Below, one piece after another: positions 38,346 through 53,204 of a DNA stretch of 64,000 bases (within the stretch, counting starts at the first letter, position 1; each line of letters starts with the position of its first letter). The notes under the pieces are model-generated. The model made no database searches. It was not told where the DNA came from and saw only the letters and a program-made list of their open reading frames with translations. This stretch comes from Chiloscyllium plagiosum (taxonomy: Eukaryota): assembly GCF_004010195.1 (NCBI RefSeq), contig NC_057721.1, positions 37,663,093 through 37,727,092 of the forward strand. Reading direction: 5' to 3'. Position numbers and translations under genes: made by a program.

Positions 38346-38989
38346 CATCAAGTTTTTAATCAACCATCCAATTTTCTTGTTCTGTTACCTAGTGTTGACT
38401 TTTGTTCAAGTTCTTTTTTCTCTGTGTCATACCTTTGAATGTTTTTGTTCAACTTTTGAATAATGATGAATGGTCCATGTCCTAGTTTATTCTTCACAGG
38501 AATATCTCAAGTTGCCTATCTCCCTGAATTTAGTTCAACCGGTACAGATTTCTATTTTAAAACGTTGTGACATTGCTCCAAAACAGCTGCTCAATTCTGA
38601 TGCAGGACAAGGACGTGGGGGAATAGGGACATAGAAAGATATGCAGATGGAGTGAGATCAGAGAAAGTTACTGTGAAACATAAAGTTGGCACTGACCCAG
38701 TTTGGCCTCTGGTCTGTTTATGTACTCGACTTGGATTTTGATTTTTGCAATTTCATGTGCAATAGGTTAATGTCAATGTCTGCATCAGGTATTTGAAAGT
38801 ATTCCACTGGTTTATACTTGTTCAGTATGGATGCCAGCACCTTTCCAGTTTGAAATATTTGTGTGCTTCTTCTAGTGGAAGCTTAAGAAGTCAAAGAGCA
38901 GCTAAAGAATGCTGCGACGTAGCCCATTTTGGAGTTAACATAGTCCATTTTTTCTCTAAATAATTTTAATGGTCAGTTTAATCTCAGAT

Positions 38990-39150
38990 CGGTTTTTAAT
39001 TTTAAATCTGAGAAAGATAGTTTTTTTTTTGTTAAGCAGAAGTATTAAAGGATATGAGCCAAAGGCAGATTTCTGGAGTTAGACCACAAGTCAGCCATGA
39101 TCTCATGAACAGGCATGAGGGGCTGTATGACCTACTCCTGTTCCTATGAT
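38990..39150 (+). mobile_element. CR1 3' tail fragment
   Basis: Matches 20880-21045. Confidence 0.7.
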
Positions 39151-40898
39151 CTTATCTCCTTATGATCTCATGATGCAGGGCAATGAGAATTAATTAAAAA
39201 TAGTGAGATCACTGATGTCAGAGAAAGCAGCATAAAAATGCGAAACAAATAACAAACTAAAGGCACAAGAGACCAAAATTAAAGTCAGTCAGAAAAACAA
39301 AGGGTTTAAAAAATAGAGAGAGAGAAATGAAAAGTGCAGAAAGATGGAAAACTAGTTTTAAAAAAATCCAGCAATAAACTGTATCGGGATTGCCTATAGT
39401 GAAGTAATATTGGATTGAATAGTGAATTACAAATATTATATTGCATTAACCTTGCATTTAAAAAAATCTGAATGCACACAAGTACAGGTGCACGTAGGAC
39501 AAAATTGTTTCATCAGTTGGAAGGAGATCATACAATAATATGGGAAAGTGGTACTTACAGTCTGTTTTGGACATTGAGGTACAAACACCATGATTGGTAA
39601 CAACAGTTGGTACAAAGCATTACATTTAATAATGCTCAAATCAGCACAATATAGACCCAGGAGATTTTAATTGCTTTTTATTAGACCCAGTTCTCATATT
39701 GAAGTCACGTGTCATGAAAATCAAATAAGGTGCAGCTATTTTGTATGTAGCTAGCAGCAGGTGGAGGTGGATGAGGATGAGTCATCCATGCAGTTACTTT
39801 TGTAAAGAACAAAACACTCTGTTTTCACAGCTCGTTGTGGGAGGACATTAGGACATTAAATTGGGCAACTGAAAAGCTAATTCCATCTAATGCTGGTTTG
39901 TGCAATTGATAGAATATAATTAATCATTTTAATCATGTAAATTTTGTTTATGTTCCACACATAACTGACATCTGAATGTTCTTGTCTGGAGAAGTGTCAA
40001 ACTACAGCTTTATTTTCATACTCAGTGTTCATGCTTCCTGTTTTGTTATGTCAGATATTTTATTTTGGTTAATATTTTGGTTAATAAATGGAGTTGTGTC
40101 AACCACAGACCACGTATCTCCATATAGTATCAATGGCGACATGATTTGCAATTGTGAACTGTTTAGTTCCTGTTTTAGTACCTGATGTATCTGCATAAGA
40201 ATTGAAGGACAATGACAAAGGACTGAAAATGCATCAGACACTATGGGATAAGATAGATAACCTAATATTATAGTGGGAATTCAACTTAATTTGATGGAGT
40301 GAATTTGTAGGTAGAAATGTATTACTCATACCCTGACTAGAACAGTCAATGAGCAGTTCGCTAAATTTTGAAAAGGAGAGGCAAGCACACAATAATACAC
40401 TTGGACAGCCTTAATAAAATGGACATGGCATTTTCATCCCAACTTGATTACCGCTGGTTGAGCAATGCCAGAACACGATAATGACCACGAGTGAAACTGC
40501 AAGGAAGCCCTAAGAAGTTGAGACACAATACCAGAGTTGGTGTTCTTGCTCAGAGATTGATACCCCTTGTGAGAGGGCATTTGGAGTTTGGACACCAGAG
40601 GTCAACAATGGAAGCCACAAAGGGGGAATTATCTCCAACAAACACAGGGATCTCCGAAGGAAGATACCTCACTTCCTTCCTGCATTTTCCTGCATAATGG
40701 CCTTTATAGATCTTTCAAGCAGCCTTCAATGGTCTGCTCCAAACAACTTTACCGCTTTGTATCTTTGACACATATTTCAATCTCTTCAAATGTGCACCTG
40801 GCAATTACTGGTGAGATGAAAATCATCATGTCTATTATATGCTCTGACATGTGAAAATATATGGAGAGCAACAAGGTTAACTTCACTTATTTCAGTTA

Positions 40899-41540
40899 TG
40901 ATTTGGAGATGCCAGTGTTGGACTGGGGTGTACAAAGTTAAAAATCACACAACACCAGGTTATTGTCCAACAGGTTTAATTGGAAGCACACTAGCTTTCG
41001 GAGCGTCGCTCCTTCATCAGGTGATAGTGGAGGGCTCAATCCTAACACACAGAATTTATAGCAATGATTTACAGGGTGATGTAACTGAAATTATACATTG
41101 AAAAATTGATTGTCTGTTAAGTCTTTCATCTATTTGATTACCATGATAGTTTCACTTCTTTCATTTGTAAATCACAAAACCTTTTTTAAAAAAGTTGCAT
41201 TCTCAGTTAGCTGTTAAAAATGGTGATAGCTAGACAATATGTTGAAGGTGTTAGCCCCCTGTGTTCTATGTCTATGCCATGATGTTTAGATTGATTCTAA
41301 TCTAAAGAGTGAGATAACGGAGTTTTACATGAATTCATATAGTTTTTGAGCAAAGTATAATGTAACCCTGCAAGTACAAATTCACCCCACAAAATATATG
41401 TGTGCATGTGGGTCTGTGTGTGTGTGTGTGCGTGCATAGTGCAATGGTGGTCACCTATAATGTGACATGAACCCAAGGTCCCGGTTGAGGCCCTCCTTAT
41501 GGGTACCGAACTTGGCTAACAGCCTCTGCTTGGCTCTCCT
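40899..41540 (-). mobile_element. Penelope 3' end (GIY-YIG C-terminus, UTR, pLTR) with 13-bp TSD
   Basis: Minus strand AKQRLLAKFGTHKEGLNRDLGFMSHY. CTTATTTCAGTTA is duplicated at 40886-40898 and 41541-41553. Confidence 0.9.
40989..41024 (-). ncRNA. Minimal hammerhead ribozyme motif in Penelope pLTR
   Basis: UCAC-CUGAUGA-A-GGAGC-GAC-GCUCC-GAAA-GC-UA-GUG: intact core with 5-bp stem II. Confidence 0.75.
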
Positions 41541-42509
41541 CTTATTTCAGTTAGTTCAACTTAGCTTTACACAATAATGCCAAAAAAAACGTAATACTGT
41601 GCTTCCCTATAGCAAGTGGGTTTTCTTCTTTGACATAAAGTACTTTAGCTGTGGTTCTGTAATGCTGAAAGCTTTCTTAGATTTAATTGTCCTCATAATT
41701 CTCCTTAATGTACATAAGAAAAAACATTGGACTTTTTCCTCAAAACCTAGACAAGATGGAGAAGCATTTGTTAATTGCCAAGAAAAGATGGTAAATTATT
41801 TAACAATTCGAACTCTTGAGGCAACCTCATCAAAGAATGCTTATTTGCATTTTGATCTCAGTATCTTCTTTTAAACTTGTGTGGTGGTGTGCATCATGTA
41901 TGAATATTGAAAAAGTACTTTTTTTTTCAAATTCTTTCATTTGAAATGTATTAATGAAAGCCTATTAGCACCATTGGCACCAATAAATTAGAAATGCATC
42001 TGTTCAAAAATCTATTTCACTGCTGTTTGTGTCCCAAGCTGCTGCTGTTTTAACTTTTGGGGAGCAGAGTTTGATTGAATGTGTAATGAAGGTGTGTATC
42101 TTTACCATACAACACTACAGAGAGCAGGGCATTAAAGTCATGAATCTAAAGCACTAGGGCATGAAAATGTTATTTTCATGAAGTTTAATTTTACCATTTG
42201 CAATGATGTACTCTGGTTCCCCTTTACTTTAATCGGAAAAAATAAATTCAGAAGTTGTTTTTTCTCTAAAACTAGTTTCACCAAATGTCTCCCCAGTCAA
42301 TGTGCAGATTTTCTTTTCTGTGGTACATTTAAATCCCACTTTGGTGTACAAAAATAGCATAGGTTCATTTGATAATTTTTCTTCACCCCAGGGTGAAATA
42401 CATCATCCATTCCCAGGAGCCTATTGCCTTAGTGTAGATAAGGTTCCAAGCTTCCCACTATTCACAGCCATTGGCAGAGGAGCTGCATTCATTTGACAGT
42501 CATATTGTA

Positions 42510-43410
42510 TCATAAAGTCACACAGACCCTTCAGTCTAACTAGTCCATGCAGACCATGTTCCCAAACTAAACTAGTTCCACCTGCCTGAGTTTGGCCCAT
42601 ATCCCTCCAAATCTTTCCTATTTATGTGCTTATCCAAATGTCTTTTAAACATTGTAACTATACATGCATTCACCACTTCCTCTGCCAGATCATTCCACAT
42701 GCTAACCATTCTCTGTGTAAAAATGTTGCCTTTCATATCTTGCATAAAACCTTCTCTCAACTTAAAAATATGTCCCCTAGTTTTGATTTCCCACTCCTTA
42801 GGGAAAAGATCTTTGCTTGTCACCTTATCTATGTCCCTCATGATTTTATAAACCTCTAGAAGGTCTTCCCTCAACCTCCTACACTCCAGTGAAAAAACGT
42901 CCTAGCCTATCCAGCCTATTTTTATATCCTCCATTTCCAGTGACATCCTGATAAATCTTGCCTGAACACTCTGCAGTTAAATGATATCCTTCCTTTTGGC
43001 AGGGTGACCACACTGCATACACTACTCCAGAACAGGCCTCACCAACATCCTGTAAAACCTCAGCATGACATCCCAACTCCTATATTAAAAGGTCTGAGCA
43101 ATGAAGGCAAACATGCTAAACGCTTTCTTAACCACCCTGTCTACATGTGACGTAAATTTCAAAGAATTATGAATCTGAACCCCTGGATCTCTCTGTTCTA
43201 CATTACCCAAGGCCCTACCACTAATTGTATAAGTCCTGCCTTTGTTTGTTTTACCTAGCATTTATCTCAATTAAACTCCATTTACCACTCCTCCGCCCAT
43301 TGGTGCAATTGATCAAGATCTGTTTGTACTCTTAGATAATCTTCTGCACTGTCCACTATACCACCAATTTTGGTGTCATCTACAAATTTACTAACCGCGC
43401 CTGCTATATT
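42510..43410 (-). mobile_element. CR1 3' fragment
   Basis: MREDLLEVYKIMRDIDKV...FTQRMVSMWNDL, and KFVDDTKIGG at the right end. Confidence 0.9.
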
Positions 43411-43659
43411 TTATATACAATACTGACTTTGCCAGCGATACCTACATCCCATAAAAAGAATAATCAAACTTTAGAAAACAATTTGTTAAATGATTAAATA
43501 AAAGTCTTTGACAACTTACTAAAGCATTTTACAGCCAATCCAGTACTTGAAATGCAATCACTGAAGTATAGAAAACTCATCACTGGGCACATCCTTCCAA
43601 TTAATTGGATACACCTCCCATTGTCATTGTTTTGCTTTTGAGAGGTAGAGAGAGAAATC

Positions 43660-43832
43660 AAATAGCAAAGTGCTTCAGAAACAAAAACACAAACTGTTGG
43701 GAAATTCAGCAGGTCTGCCAGCATCCGTGCTATAGTATTTCTCCCCAGATGCTGACACACCAGCTGAATATTTCCAGCAATTTCTGTCTTTGTTTCTGAT
43801 TTCCAGCATCTGCAATTCTGTGAGATTTGTTT
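43660..43832. mobile_element. Penelope pLTR-derived fold-back element (decayed)
   Basis: CAGAAACAAAAACACAAACTGTTGGGAAATTCAGCAGGTCTGCCAGCATC pairs imperfectly with GATGCTGACACACCAGCTGAATATTTCCAGCAATTTCTGTCTTTGTTTCTG. Confidence 0.65.
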
Positions 43833-44612
43833 TGTTTAGCAATGTGCTTTACCCCAGATTTACCACACACCCCATCCCCTTCTCAAACTCCCCAGCATAT
43901 CCTACTCACTTTTTGCAAATATTAACTCTCCCAACTCAAATGCAGAATAAATTGCCATTCAACCAACTCAAGCAGCTTGCCTCAGCTCTAACCTCAGAAG
44001 GATAATCCTTAGTAAACAATTGGACATTCTTCCTATATTTTTCTACACCAGTGATCCTCTGGTCTTTAGAAGTGGAGTTAGTGCCAATTTAGGGACTGGA
44101 ACTTGCTGTGGGCATGCACCCAGAATTTGTTATTGGTTGCATTTGACATGGATCCATGTTGACAGTGAATATACAAAATGTTCAGCCTACATTTGAGATG
44201 GATATGGGTAGACCAGTGCCTCATTCATTTGAGTCACATAGTTTTTAATATACTTTTCTGTTCACAAACCATTTGACACATCAAAATAAATACTTTCACT
44301 TTAAATTAGCTTACTAAATAAAAATATTTTGGGAGTGAGCCAATTCTGTATTATCAAGCATAGAGTCATAACTTACTCCTCAGGCAATTTGACAGAATAT
44401 TAACATTTTAGTCACCTTGTTAAAATAATAACTTATAAAATATATCACATCCAGGATTACTGATTTGTTGTTATGACAAGCTACTATTTTATTTTAACAT
44501 GTTTTACCACTATTAAAGACATACTAGGCTCAACTTTTACTGAGCTAGTTCATGGATATTAATGAAGTTCAACAATATATGTTATTGACTTAACTTCTGT
44601 TTTTATTTTCAG

Positions 44613-45148
<536 letters not shown>

Positions 45149-46557
45149 TGAGTGGTCTTTTGGAGGAAATGATTGTCTACAATTTGATGGAAACAGAAGA
45201 ACTTGAACCATAAACAAGAATTCACAAAGCAGCACAAAGTAACTTGTGATTAATATACCTTTCGTAAATGGGAAAGAAAAGTGAATAGATGCTGCTAGGC
45301 CTCATGTTTGCATAGTTTTCTTCATGTGGGAAATTCTGGATCTCATCTGAGACCTAAGGGATGAACCTTCAAATAACAAGAAAAGCAGCAAATATCTGGT
45401 ATGGGGGGAAAATGTAAAATCTATTGTTATAGAGGTGCATGTATTGGATTCAGCAATTCCTAATTGCTGCCTGCTTTTGTTGGAGAAGTTATGTTCACAA
45501 GACAAATTATGCTTGACTTATTGTAAAGTCTTTTATTTCAGAGGCATCAGTCTAAAATCACTTGATATATTTCAATTTTTTAATTGATTCCATTGCAGGA
45601 AATAATAATTTTTTACATAATTAATGGATGTGTAAAACCTACAGAGACAACTCTGCTCCATTAGCACTGGTAGCCGGCAGTTGCACAGAAATTACTATGA
45701 AATATTTTGTTTTATGGTATGCTAGAAATTTGCTAGCATGTAGACTAAACTAATTCTGTTCCAATGATAGTTCCTATATATATTTGGTTTGAACTCTGTG
45801 AAAAATAACCAGTATAATCTTTAAAATGCACAAATCATTTTGATTGAGTATTTAGTACTATTGTAGCATTCATTTTTTCTTTGATTCTGTTGTAATCCCA
45901 GCAGATGGTATTGCTAGACAAGTGAAATCCCAAAATTAAAATCTGTCTGGTTTTTTTTGTTTTGGTTAATGGAATTATCATTCATTGAAACATTTGAGAG
46001 GAGCATAGCAATGGATATTGTTTCTTACTTACATGCCGAAATATGGATGTTTCCGCATTTCCACAGGATCTGTGAGGGCCAAGATCCTGCCTACACAATG
46101 GGTGAGGAGCCGAATTTTGGGCACCACAACACCAATCCTGGGTCTTTTGGCCTGATTATGGACCGATTTCGTTTTGAATGAAAGGGGATGAATGAGATGA
46201 AAATGACACGTGTTAATGGTGGTGCAGATTGTGGTGGGGTGGGTGGGGGTGGGTGTGTGGTGGGGAGTGATAAGATTTCCCTGGTGAGTAATGGATGAAG
46301 AATGAGAGCACAGAAGCTATGCAGTGTTAATGGAGTGGGAGAGAACCACTGAGCTAGATTTAACATACAGTAATGAAAGTGGTAGAGCATGAGCCATGGT
46401 GGCAGGTAGGTGCAGAAGCAGAGAGTGAGTGAGGTAGTAGAGAAGAGACATTGGCACTTACCCTGGTAGAGTGGAGAAGGTTATGGTCTCCACTATCAAT
46501 CCTGGGGAAGACAATGGCGCTCCTTTGCACCACCCTGTCTACCAGGACCTCCAGGTC

Positions 46558-46795
46558 CCTGTGAAACTTGAAAGGGTTCAGAAAAGATTTACAAGGATGT
46601 TGCCAAGGTTGGAGAGTTTGAGCTGCAGGGAGACAATTGCAACATTTAAGAGGCATTTGAATGGGTATATGAATAGGAAGGGTTTGGAGGGATATGGGCC
46701 GGGTGCTGGCAGGTGGGATTAGATTGGGTTGGGATATCTGGTCGACATGGAAGGTTGGACCGAAGGGTCTGTTTCCATGCTGTACATCTCTATGA
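46558..46795 (+). mobile_element. Internally deleted CR1 3' fragment
   Basis: VKLERVQKRFTRMLP is joined directly to ATFKRHLNGYMNRKG and the tail. Confidence 0.9.
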
Positions 46796-47689
46796 CAGGG
46801 TGCATGACAGCTGATACCAGGGATTCCAGGATATTTTGGCAGTGGTGGGGATTTCTGCCTGTGGCAAATAAGAGAGTTGGGCTAGTGTTGGCTGGCTGAG
46901 AAGCTGTGGGGCTGCGATGCATAGTTACTGAGGCAAGTTTGGAGCAATAGTGTAAGAAAACTCACCAGGCCTTGTGTAAATAAACTCTCCATGAAACTTG
47001 ATGAAGAATGACACCTATCTGAGTTTTGTTAAGATTCACCGCACAAGGGGTTTCCTCCTCTTTTTCAATTGCAACCTACCAACCTTTTATTCTAGACTGA
47101 TATGAAAATAAATAAATCTCCTTTTTACAAGCTATTTTTTATTATTCAGATTTTGATTTGGAAAACTAGGAATGGTGATTACATGGGTTTTGGGAAGAGA
47201 ACAAATGAGAGATGTAAACAATTGAAAGAATATTTATTCAAGACAACTTTGTATTGTTTTCAAAGAATAAGGAATAAGCTATCCTTATATTTTAAATTAA
47301 TTTATAAGAAATAGGTTTATTGTTCACACTCATTTATTTATATTCAAATAACACAGCAGTTTTTTTTTGATTGAATATTATTCTTTGTGTCAAAAATAAA
47401 ATAGTTTGCATCAACAGCCTGGTGAAACCATTGACCACCCAAATTGGACCTTTCTGGCAGATTACAAAAATTGTAACATCTTAGCAGTGCCTGCTCTTAA
47501 AAATTGTGGTGCTATTTTCTCTTGATCTTTGAATAAGTCATCACTTTCCAAATTAATGTCTATTTGCAGTACAACACTTTTTATTTGAACCTGCCTGGCA
47601 GTGTCAAAATAGCTTCGGCCACAGTCACAAACAACATTACCTGTGAATTTAAACATGGTTCATTATTGCTATTCATTCTCCATATCTTG

Positions 47690-48030
47690 TATCACTTTGA
47701 CCACTGTTAGTTACACCAGTATGTACTAAACCTCTCTTCTGTTATTGAACTCAGTGGGACTCTCTTCACTTGCTTCCGTTGGTATGTATCACATCATAGC
47801 CAAAGCATCTCTAACTCTCACATCATCACCATGGGAATACCCAGAATCATCCCAGGTACCCAATTCTACCTCTCCCACCTCTGTCCCAATATCCAGCCTT
47901 GGGTGAATCGCAACTTCTTCCAATAAATATTGTGAAGTCCAAACCTATTATTTTTAAGCACTGACTCCATCCTGTTTCCCAGTCAGATGAGTTAGACCAT
48001 TTACAACCTCAACATTTTACTTGACCAAAC
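47690..48030 (+). mobile_element. Decayed L2-type fragment
   Basis: Pyrimidine-rich sequence with GVPQGS-like (GGAATACCCAGAATC) and W...NFFQ-like segments. Confidence 0.4.
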
Positions 48031-48656
48031 TGAGCTTCCAACTCCTTATCAAAAGGCAGCACTAAAGGGTCACCTGCCAATGTAACATCAAAGACTTCTG
48101 GCCTCCCGTAGTTCATTATCTTTGGAAAACCATCTTTGTTGCCCCCTTTCTCCCAGCTAAACTGTTTGAGTACAGCCACAATGAGGCATCTGTCTGGCAA
48201 AGTGAAACACTGGGTATATCCTGTCCACAACAAAGACAAATCTAAGTTGGTTAATTACTAGCACTTCAAATCATCAGCAGTGTTGTTTCTCGTCAAGATT
48301 GACTGTGGTCTATGTGTGGTTGCGTTGAGCTTTATCCGAGCTAAAGACAGCTGTAACACATTTGAAACGTTGAATGTCCTGCTCCTCGGATACTGGCTGT
48401 GCTTTTCCAGCACCACACTTTTCGACACAGAAGCATAACTGTGACAAGTAAGCCATCCGAGTCCAAATCTGAACGTGTGAATATCTCTTCTTGTTTTCCT
48501 CCCTTCAGTATGGTACCTGCTCATGATTCTTCAAAGTTCCCAAGACCATTAGGATAAAGTCAGCATTAATCTATTTCCTTCGACCACATGCTGTAACACA
48601 TCATCCTGAACTATTGTATGCTTTTGAGGATAGACCTGAGGTTCATAATATCAACC

Positions 48657-48948
48657 GTGGGCGGCACGGTGGCACAGTGGTTAGCACTCACAGCGCCAGA
48701 GACCCGGGTTCAATTCCCGCTTCAGGCAACTGACTGTGTGGAGTTTGCACGTTATCCCCATGTCTGCGTGGGTTTCCTCCAGGTGCTCTGGTTTCCTCCC
48801 ACAGTCCAAAGATGTGCAGGTTAGGTGAATTGGCCATGCTAAATTGCCCGTAGTGTTAGGTCAGGGGGAATGGGTGGGTTGCACTTCGGCGGGTCGGTGT
48901 GGACTTGTTGGGCCGAAGGGCCTGTTTCCACATTGTAATGTAATCTAA
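48657..48948 (+). mobile_element. HE1-type V-SINE
   Basis: As other copies, with a small deletion in the head. Confidence 0.95.
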
Positions 48949-50939
48949 ACATCTCAATATTTTATAGAGGTTCCCCTTAATAAAATGTATATTTTAAGTT
49001 CATTTTATAGCTATGAAGTGAGAGTTTACATCTTATATCGCTCGCTCTCTATAACCTCGAGACAGTCTTTACATGCTTAAGCAATTATATCCCTGCAGAA
49101 TGTTAGGGACTGTTTGCAATTCTTGTCTCATACTGTTCCCATGGCTGTTTCAAATCCCTTATGACACACATGTCCAACCTTCAGACTTACTCATTTGAGA
49201 CTTGCTTTCTTTGTGCTTCTGGTTATCGGTTGTTTATGCCTAGGGCTATTCACAAGGTCAACCAACTGAACATCTAATTCCTCAGCAGACTTTCGAAACA
49301 TAGCATGAGTCACTCCTTTCACTAAAGTAACATACTGATTAAGTTCAGCAAGCTTCTTTTTAAAGCAAGATTAAAACACAGTCCTAACTGCCTTATAACA
49401 ATGTTATTTATTAATGCATCTTGCAGTTCTGGCCCCTTTCCTGGGCTAACTGTCCTTACTTGAAAATAATCATTCCTGGCTTTGTTTCTAAAGAAAGGAA
49501 ATTTGACTATGAATCTAATGTTTTTCAATGAAAAGCTCACTATTTTGTGTATATATGAATATTTGGATAGATATACATTGTATATAATTTATAATAGACC
49601 AGCATATTTATAAATTCTGTCACTTTGCTGTTATAATTTATTGTTAACAGTTCAATCAAGTGGTACTTACGCAACAATAACCAACAATTGAATATTAGAA
49701 ATAACTAATTTAGATTCCATCAGGACCATTGAGGGTCAAGACCTCATTATTGTCTTAGTCCAAGCAGGGACAAAATGCTTACATTCCGGAGGTGAGGAGA
49801 GAGAAAGATTCCCTTGATATCAGGACAGCATTTGACTGACTGTGCTATCCAGAATCTCCAGCAAAATTTAAATCATTGGGAATCCAGGGGGACTGTCTTG
49901 CCACTGATCACAAAGAAAAAGCTGCCCAGTAGTCCCTGATAGAAAGCATCCATATGGATGTTCGATATCAGCTAATTCAGGCTGACTGCAATGTTCAATA
50001 TTCATTATCTTGAATCATATGCAGAGTGTATATAGAGATTAGGAGTGAACTATACCAAACAAATACAGTGAAATCCTGATGTGTTAAATCCTAGCAGATC
50101 TACACTTAAATTTGTGTAAAGCAGAGCCCCTGTGTAAGCTGACTTGCCTATAAATGCACTCTTTGTCAAACTCATGCCAAAGAAAGTTTCAATAAAGCCA
50201 TAAATGTGTGAAAATGTGTTTATTTAATTTTATTCAAATCTTTCAATGGCTTGACCTTGTAAAAAACAAACATGAAAGACTTAACTCCCGGAAAATTCAG
50301 TAATTTTTATCTGCTGCATGTGCTGCCTTTGGACAGTCTGCTATAACATCAACACAATCAAACATGTCATCAATGTTTTGGGGTTTGGACTGTCACCAGT
50401 AACGAGGGAAACAATGGATGAATGGCAAGTGTTCATCAAACTATTCAGGGTCACTAACCTCTTCAGTCTCCTTGGCTGAAGAACATACTGCATCTATAAC
50501 GACATTAGCTGTCAGTGCTGTTGTGCATCAAGCAGTGTTGTCCATCACAATGCATGTTTCCACCATGATCTCTGCTGGAATTTCCATGCCAGCCTCCCGA
50601 AGGCAAGTGAAATCCTCATCATCCTCGGTCGGGCAAGCTTCACTTTGCTCATACCTTTGAACCTAGAAAGGTGGATGCAGTTGACACTGTGTCTGCTGTC
50701 ACCATCTGCCATATTCTTGTCATTGTGAGCATGACTTTGAATACAGTAGTGTTGGATTCCCGCTTCAAAGCAATGGCCTTGATAACATGAGGAATCAGCC
50801 ATGATTGGTAGCGTGTTCAGGTTTCTCATCACCGTTGACCCTTTGGCTGGAACTCATCATGATATTGGGATGCAATGATGTCAACTTCATGCTTGAGGCT
50901 GGCAATGTCAGTGTGCATAAGGCAGTTGTCTGTAATTTT

Positions 50940-52860
50940 TCTTCATTCATTCATGGAAAGTGAACATCGCTGTGTGGGTCAGCATTCATTGCCCATCCTT
51001 AGCTGCCCTTGAGAAGATGGGAGTGATCTGCCTTTTTTTGGATTGTTGAATTCCATTGTGTAGGGAAATTCTTCAGGAAGGTGACAAGTGGAGAGTATTT
51101 CATCACAGTGTTGATATGTGCTTTGTAGATAGTAGATGGACTTTGAGGAATCAGGAAGGTGAATTACCCACCACAGGATTCCTAGCCTATAGCATGCTAC
51201 ATATAGCTTGATTTTTTTTGGCTAGTCCAGTCCAGTTTCTGGTCAATGGTAACCTCCAGGATGTTGGATTATGGGGAATCCAGTGAAGGCAATGTTATTA
51301 AACATCAAGGAGTGATGGTTGGATTCTGACTTTTTGGGTATGGTGATTGCCTGGTATTTCTGTAGCACAAATGTTACTTGCCACTTTTGAGCTCAATTAT
51401 TATCCAAATATTTTGGACATGGACTGCTTCAGTATCTGAGGAGTTACAAATGATGCAGAACATTGTGCAATCATCAGCAAACATCCCCAGTTCTGACTTT
51501 ATGATGGAGGGAAAGGGATTGATGAAAGCAACTAAAGCTGGATGTTACCCTGAGGAACTCCTGCAGAGATTTCCTGGGCCTAAAATGATTCACCTCCAAC
51601 AATCGCAATAAGCTTCCTCTGTGCCAGGTATTACTTCAAGCAGCAGAGAGCTTTCTCCCTAATTGCCATTGATTCCAGTTTTGCTAGGGCTCCTTAATGC
51701 CACACTCAGTCAAATGCAGCCTCGATATCAATGGCTATCGCTCTCAACTCATCTCTGGCATTTGGCTCTAATGTCCATGTTGAACCAAGGCTGTAATGAG
51801 GTCAGGGGCTGAATGGCCCTGGCAGAACCCAAACTGAATGTCACTGAGCAGGTTATTGCTGAGCAGGTGCTGCTTGATAGCATTGTTAATGACACCTTCC
51901 ATCACTTCATTAATAATCGATAGGAGACTGATGGGGTGGTAATTGGCCAAGTTGGAATTGCCCTGCTTTTTGTGTACAGGACATACTTGAGAAATTCTTG
52001 ATATTTTCAGGTAGATGTCAATGTTGTAGCTGAAACAGCTTGGCTAGGAGAGTGGCAAGTTTTCTTTCTATTAGACTATAAAATGATAAAATATGGAAAC
52101 AGCCCATCAAATCTGCTCCACCACTTGATCATGGCTGATATGTTTCTCAATCCCATTCACCTGCCCTCTTCCCTAACCCTTGATCCTCTTACTAATAAAG
52201 AACCTATCTATCTCTGTCTTAAATACACCTTCAACAGCAATGAGTTCTACACCGTCTGGCTGAAGAAATGTCTCCTCACCTCAGCTCTAAAGAGTCATAC
52301 TTCCACTCTGAGATTGTGCCCTCAGTCCTGGTCTCTCCTATTAGTGACAACATCTTCTCCAAGTCCTCTTTATCCAGGCCTCTCAGTATTCTGTAGGTTA
52401 CAATGAGATCTCTCTACATCCTTCTAAACTCCAATGAGTGCAGATCCAGTGACCCCAACTGCTGCTCACATGAAAAGCCCTTCATCACTGGGATCATTCT
52501 TGTAAACTTCCTCTGGAGTTCCTCCAATGTCAGATACAGGGCGGAAAACAGCTCTTAATATTCCAAATGTGGTCTAACCAGAGCCTTGTACAGTCTAACA
52601 ATTGAGGATGGGGATATTTGTGGAGCTGCTTCCTCCAGTGAGTTGTTCAATTGTCCGCCACCTCTCATGACTATATGTGGCAGCACTACAGACCCTACAA
52701 CTTATCTGTTAGTTGTGCAATCATTTAGCGATATCATTGACACCTCATTTTTAGATATACATCGTGCTGCTCTTGGCATCCCTCTTGATTCCTTGATTTG
52801 ATTGTAATAGTAGAGTGAGGTATATACCAGACCATGAGGTTGCAGATTGTGTTGGGGTAC
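50940..52860 (-). mobile_element. Family B LINE fragments interrupted by a CR1
   Basis: ANYHPISLLSII.EVMEGVIN...QFGFCQGHSAPDLITALVQ (ORF 51768-51950), tail near 50945-51010, resumes at ~52595. Confidence 0.85.
52075..52590 (-). mobile_element. CR1 3' fragment nested in family B LINE
   Basis: Reverse-complement CR1 tail and LYKALVRPHLEY segment (CCAAATGTGGTCTAACCAGAGCCTTGTACAG). Confidence 0.8.
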
Positions 52861-53204
52861 CTCATGGATGCCTAGTTTTTGCTTGTATTTCAAAAAGACT
52901 GACAAAATCAATGGTGAAATCTCCATCTTCTTTGTGACGTCCATTTATTGCTTTATGCCATGATTTACAACTTGCTGCATCGATTTTACCTTCTCTTTGA
53001 CCACATCTTTAACTTTCTCACAAACCTAGGTATAGCCACAGGCTTTGTACATTTAATGCCATACACAGTGCTCTATGATTTCACACCCTTGTGGGGCCTA
53101 GCTGCATTCTGGTTTGTTGGCATAGTCAGATGACAAGCTTCAAAAAGTTTGGCCAATCCAGAGCTGGAATTATGGAACTTTGGCTTGTTATGGGCATAAT
53201 TTAA

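Noticed and set aside
48657-48725. tRNA-like sequence with A and B boxes
   Set aside because: It is the head of a V-SINE present five times in the window, not a tRNA gene.
50400-50930. GC-richer block with 80-95 aa ORFs, possibly a transposase or exon
   Set aside because: No recognisable motif or splice signals, so left unassigned.
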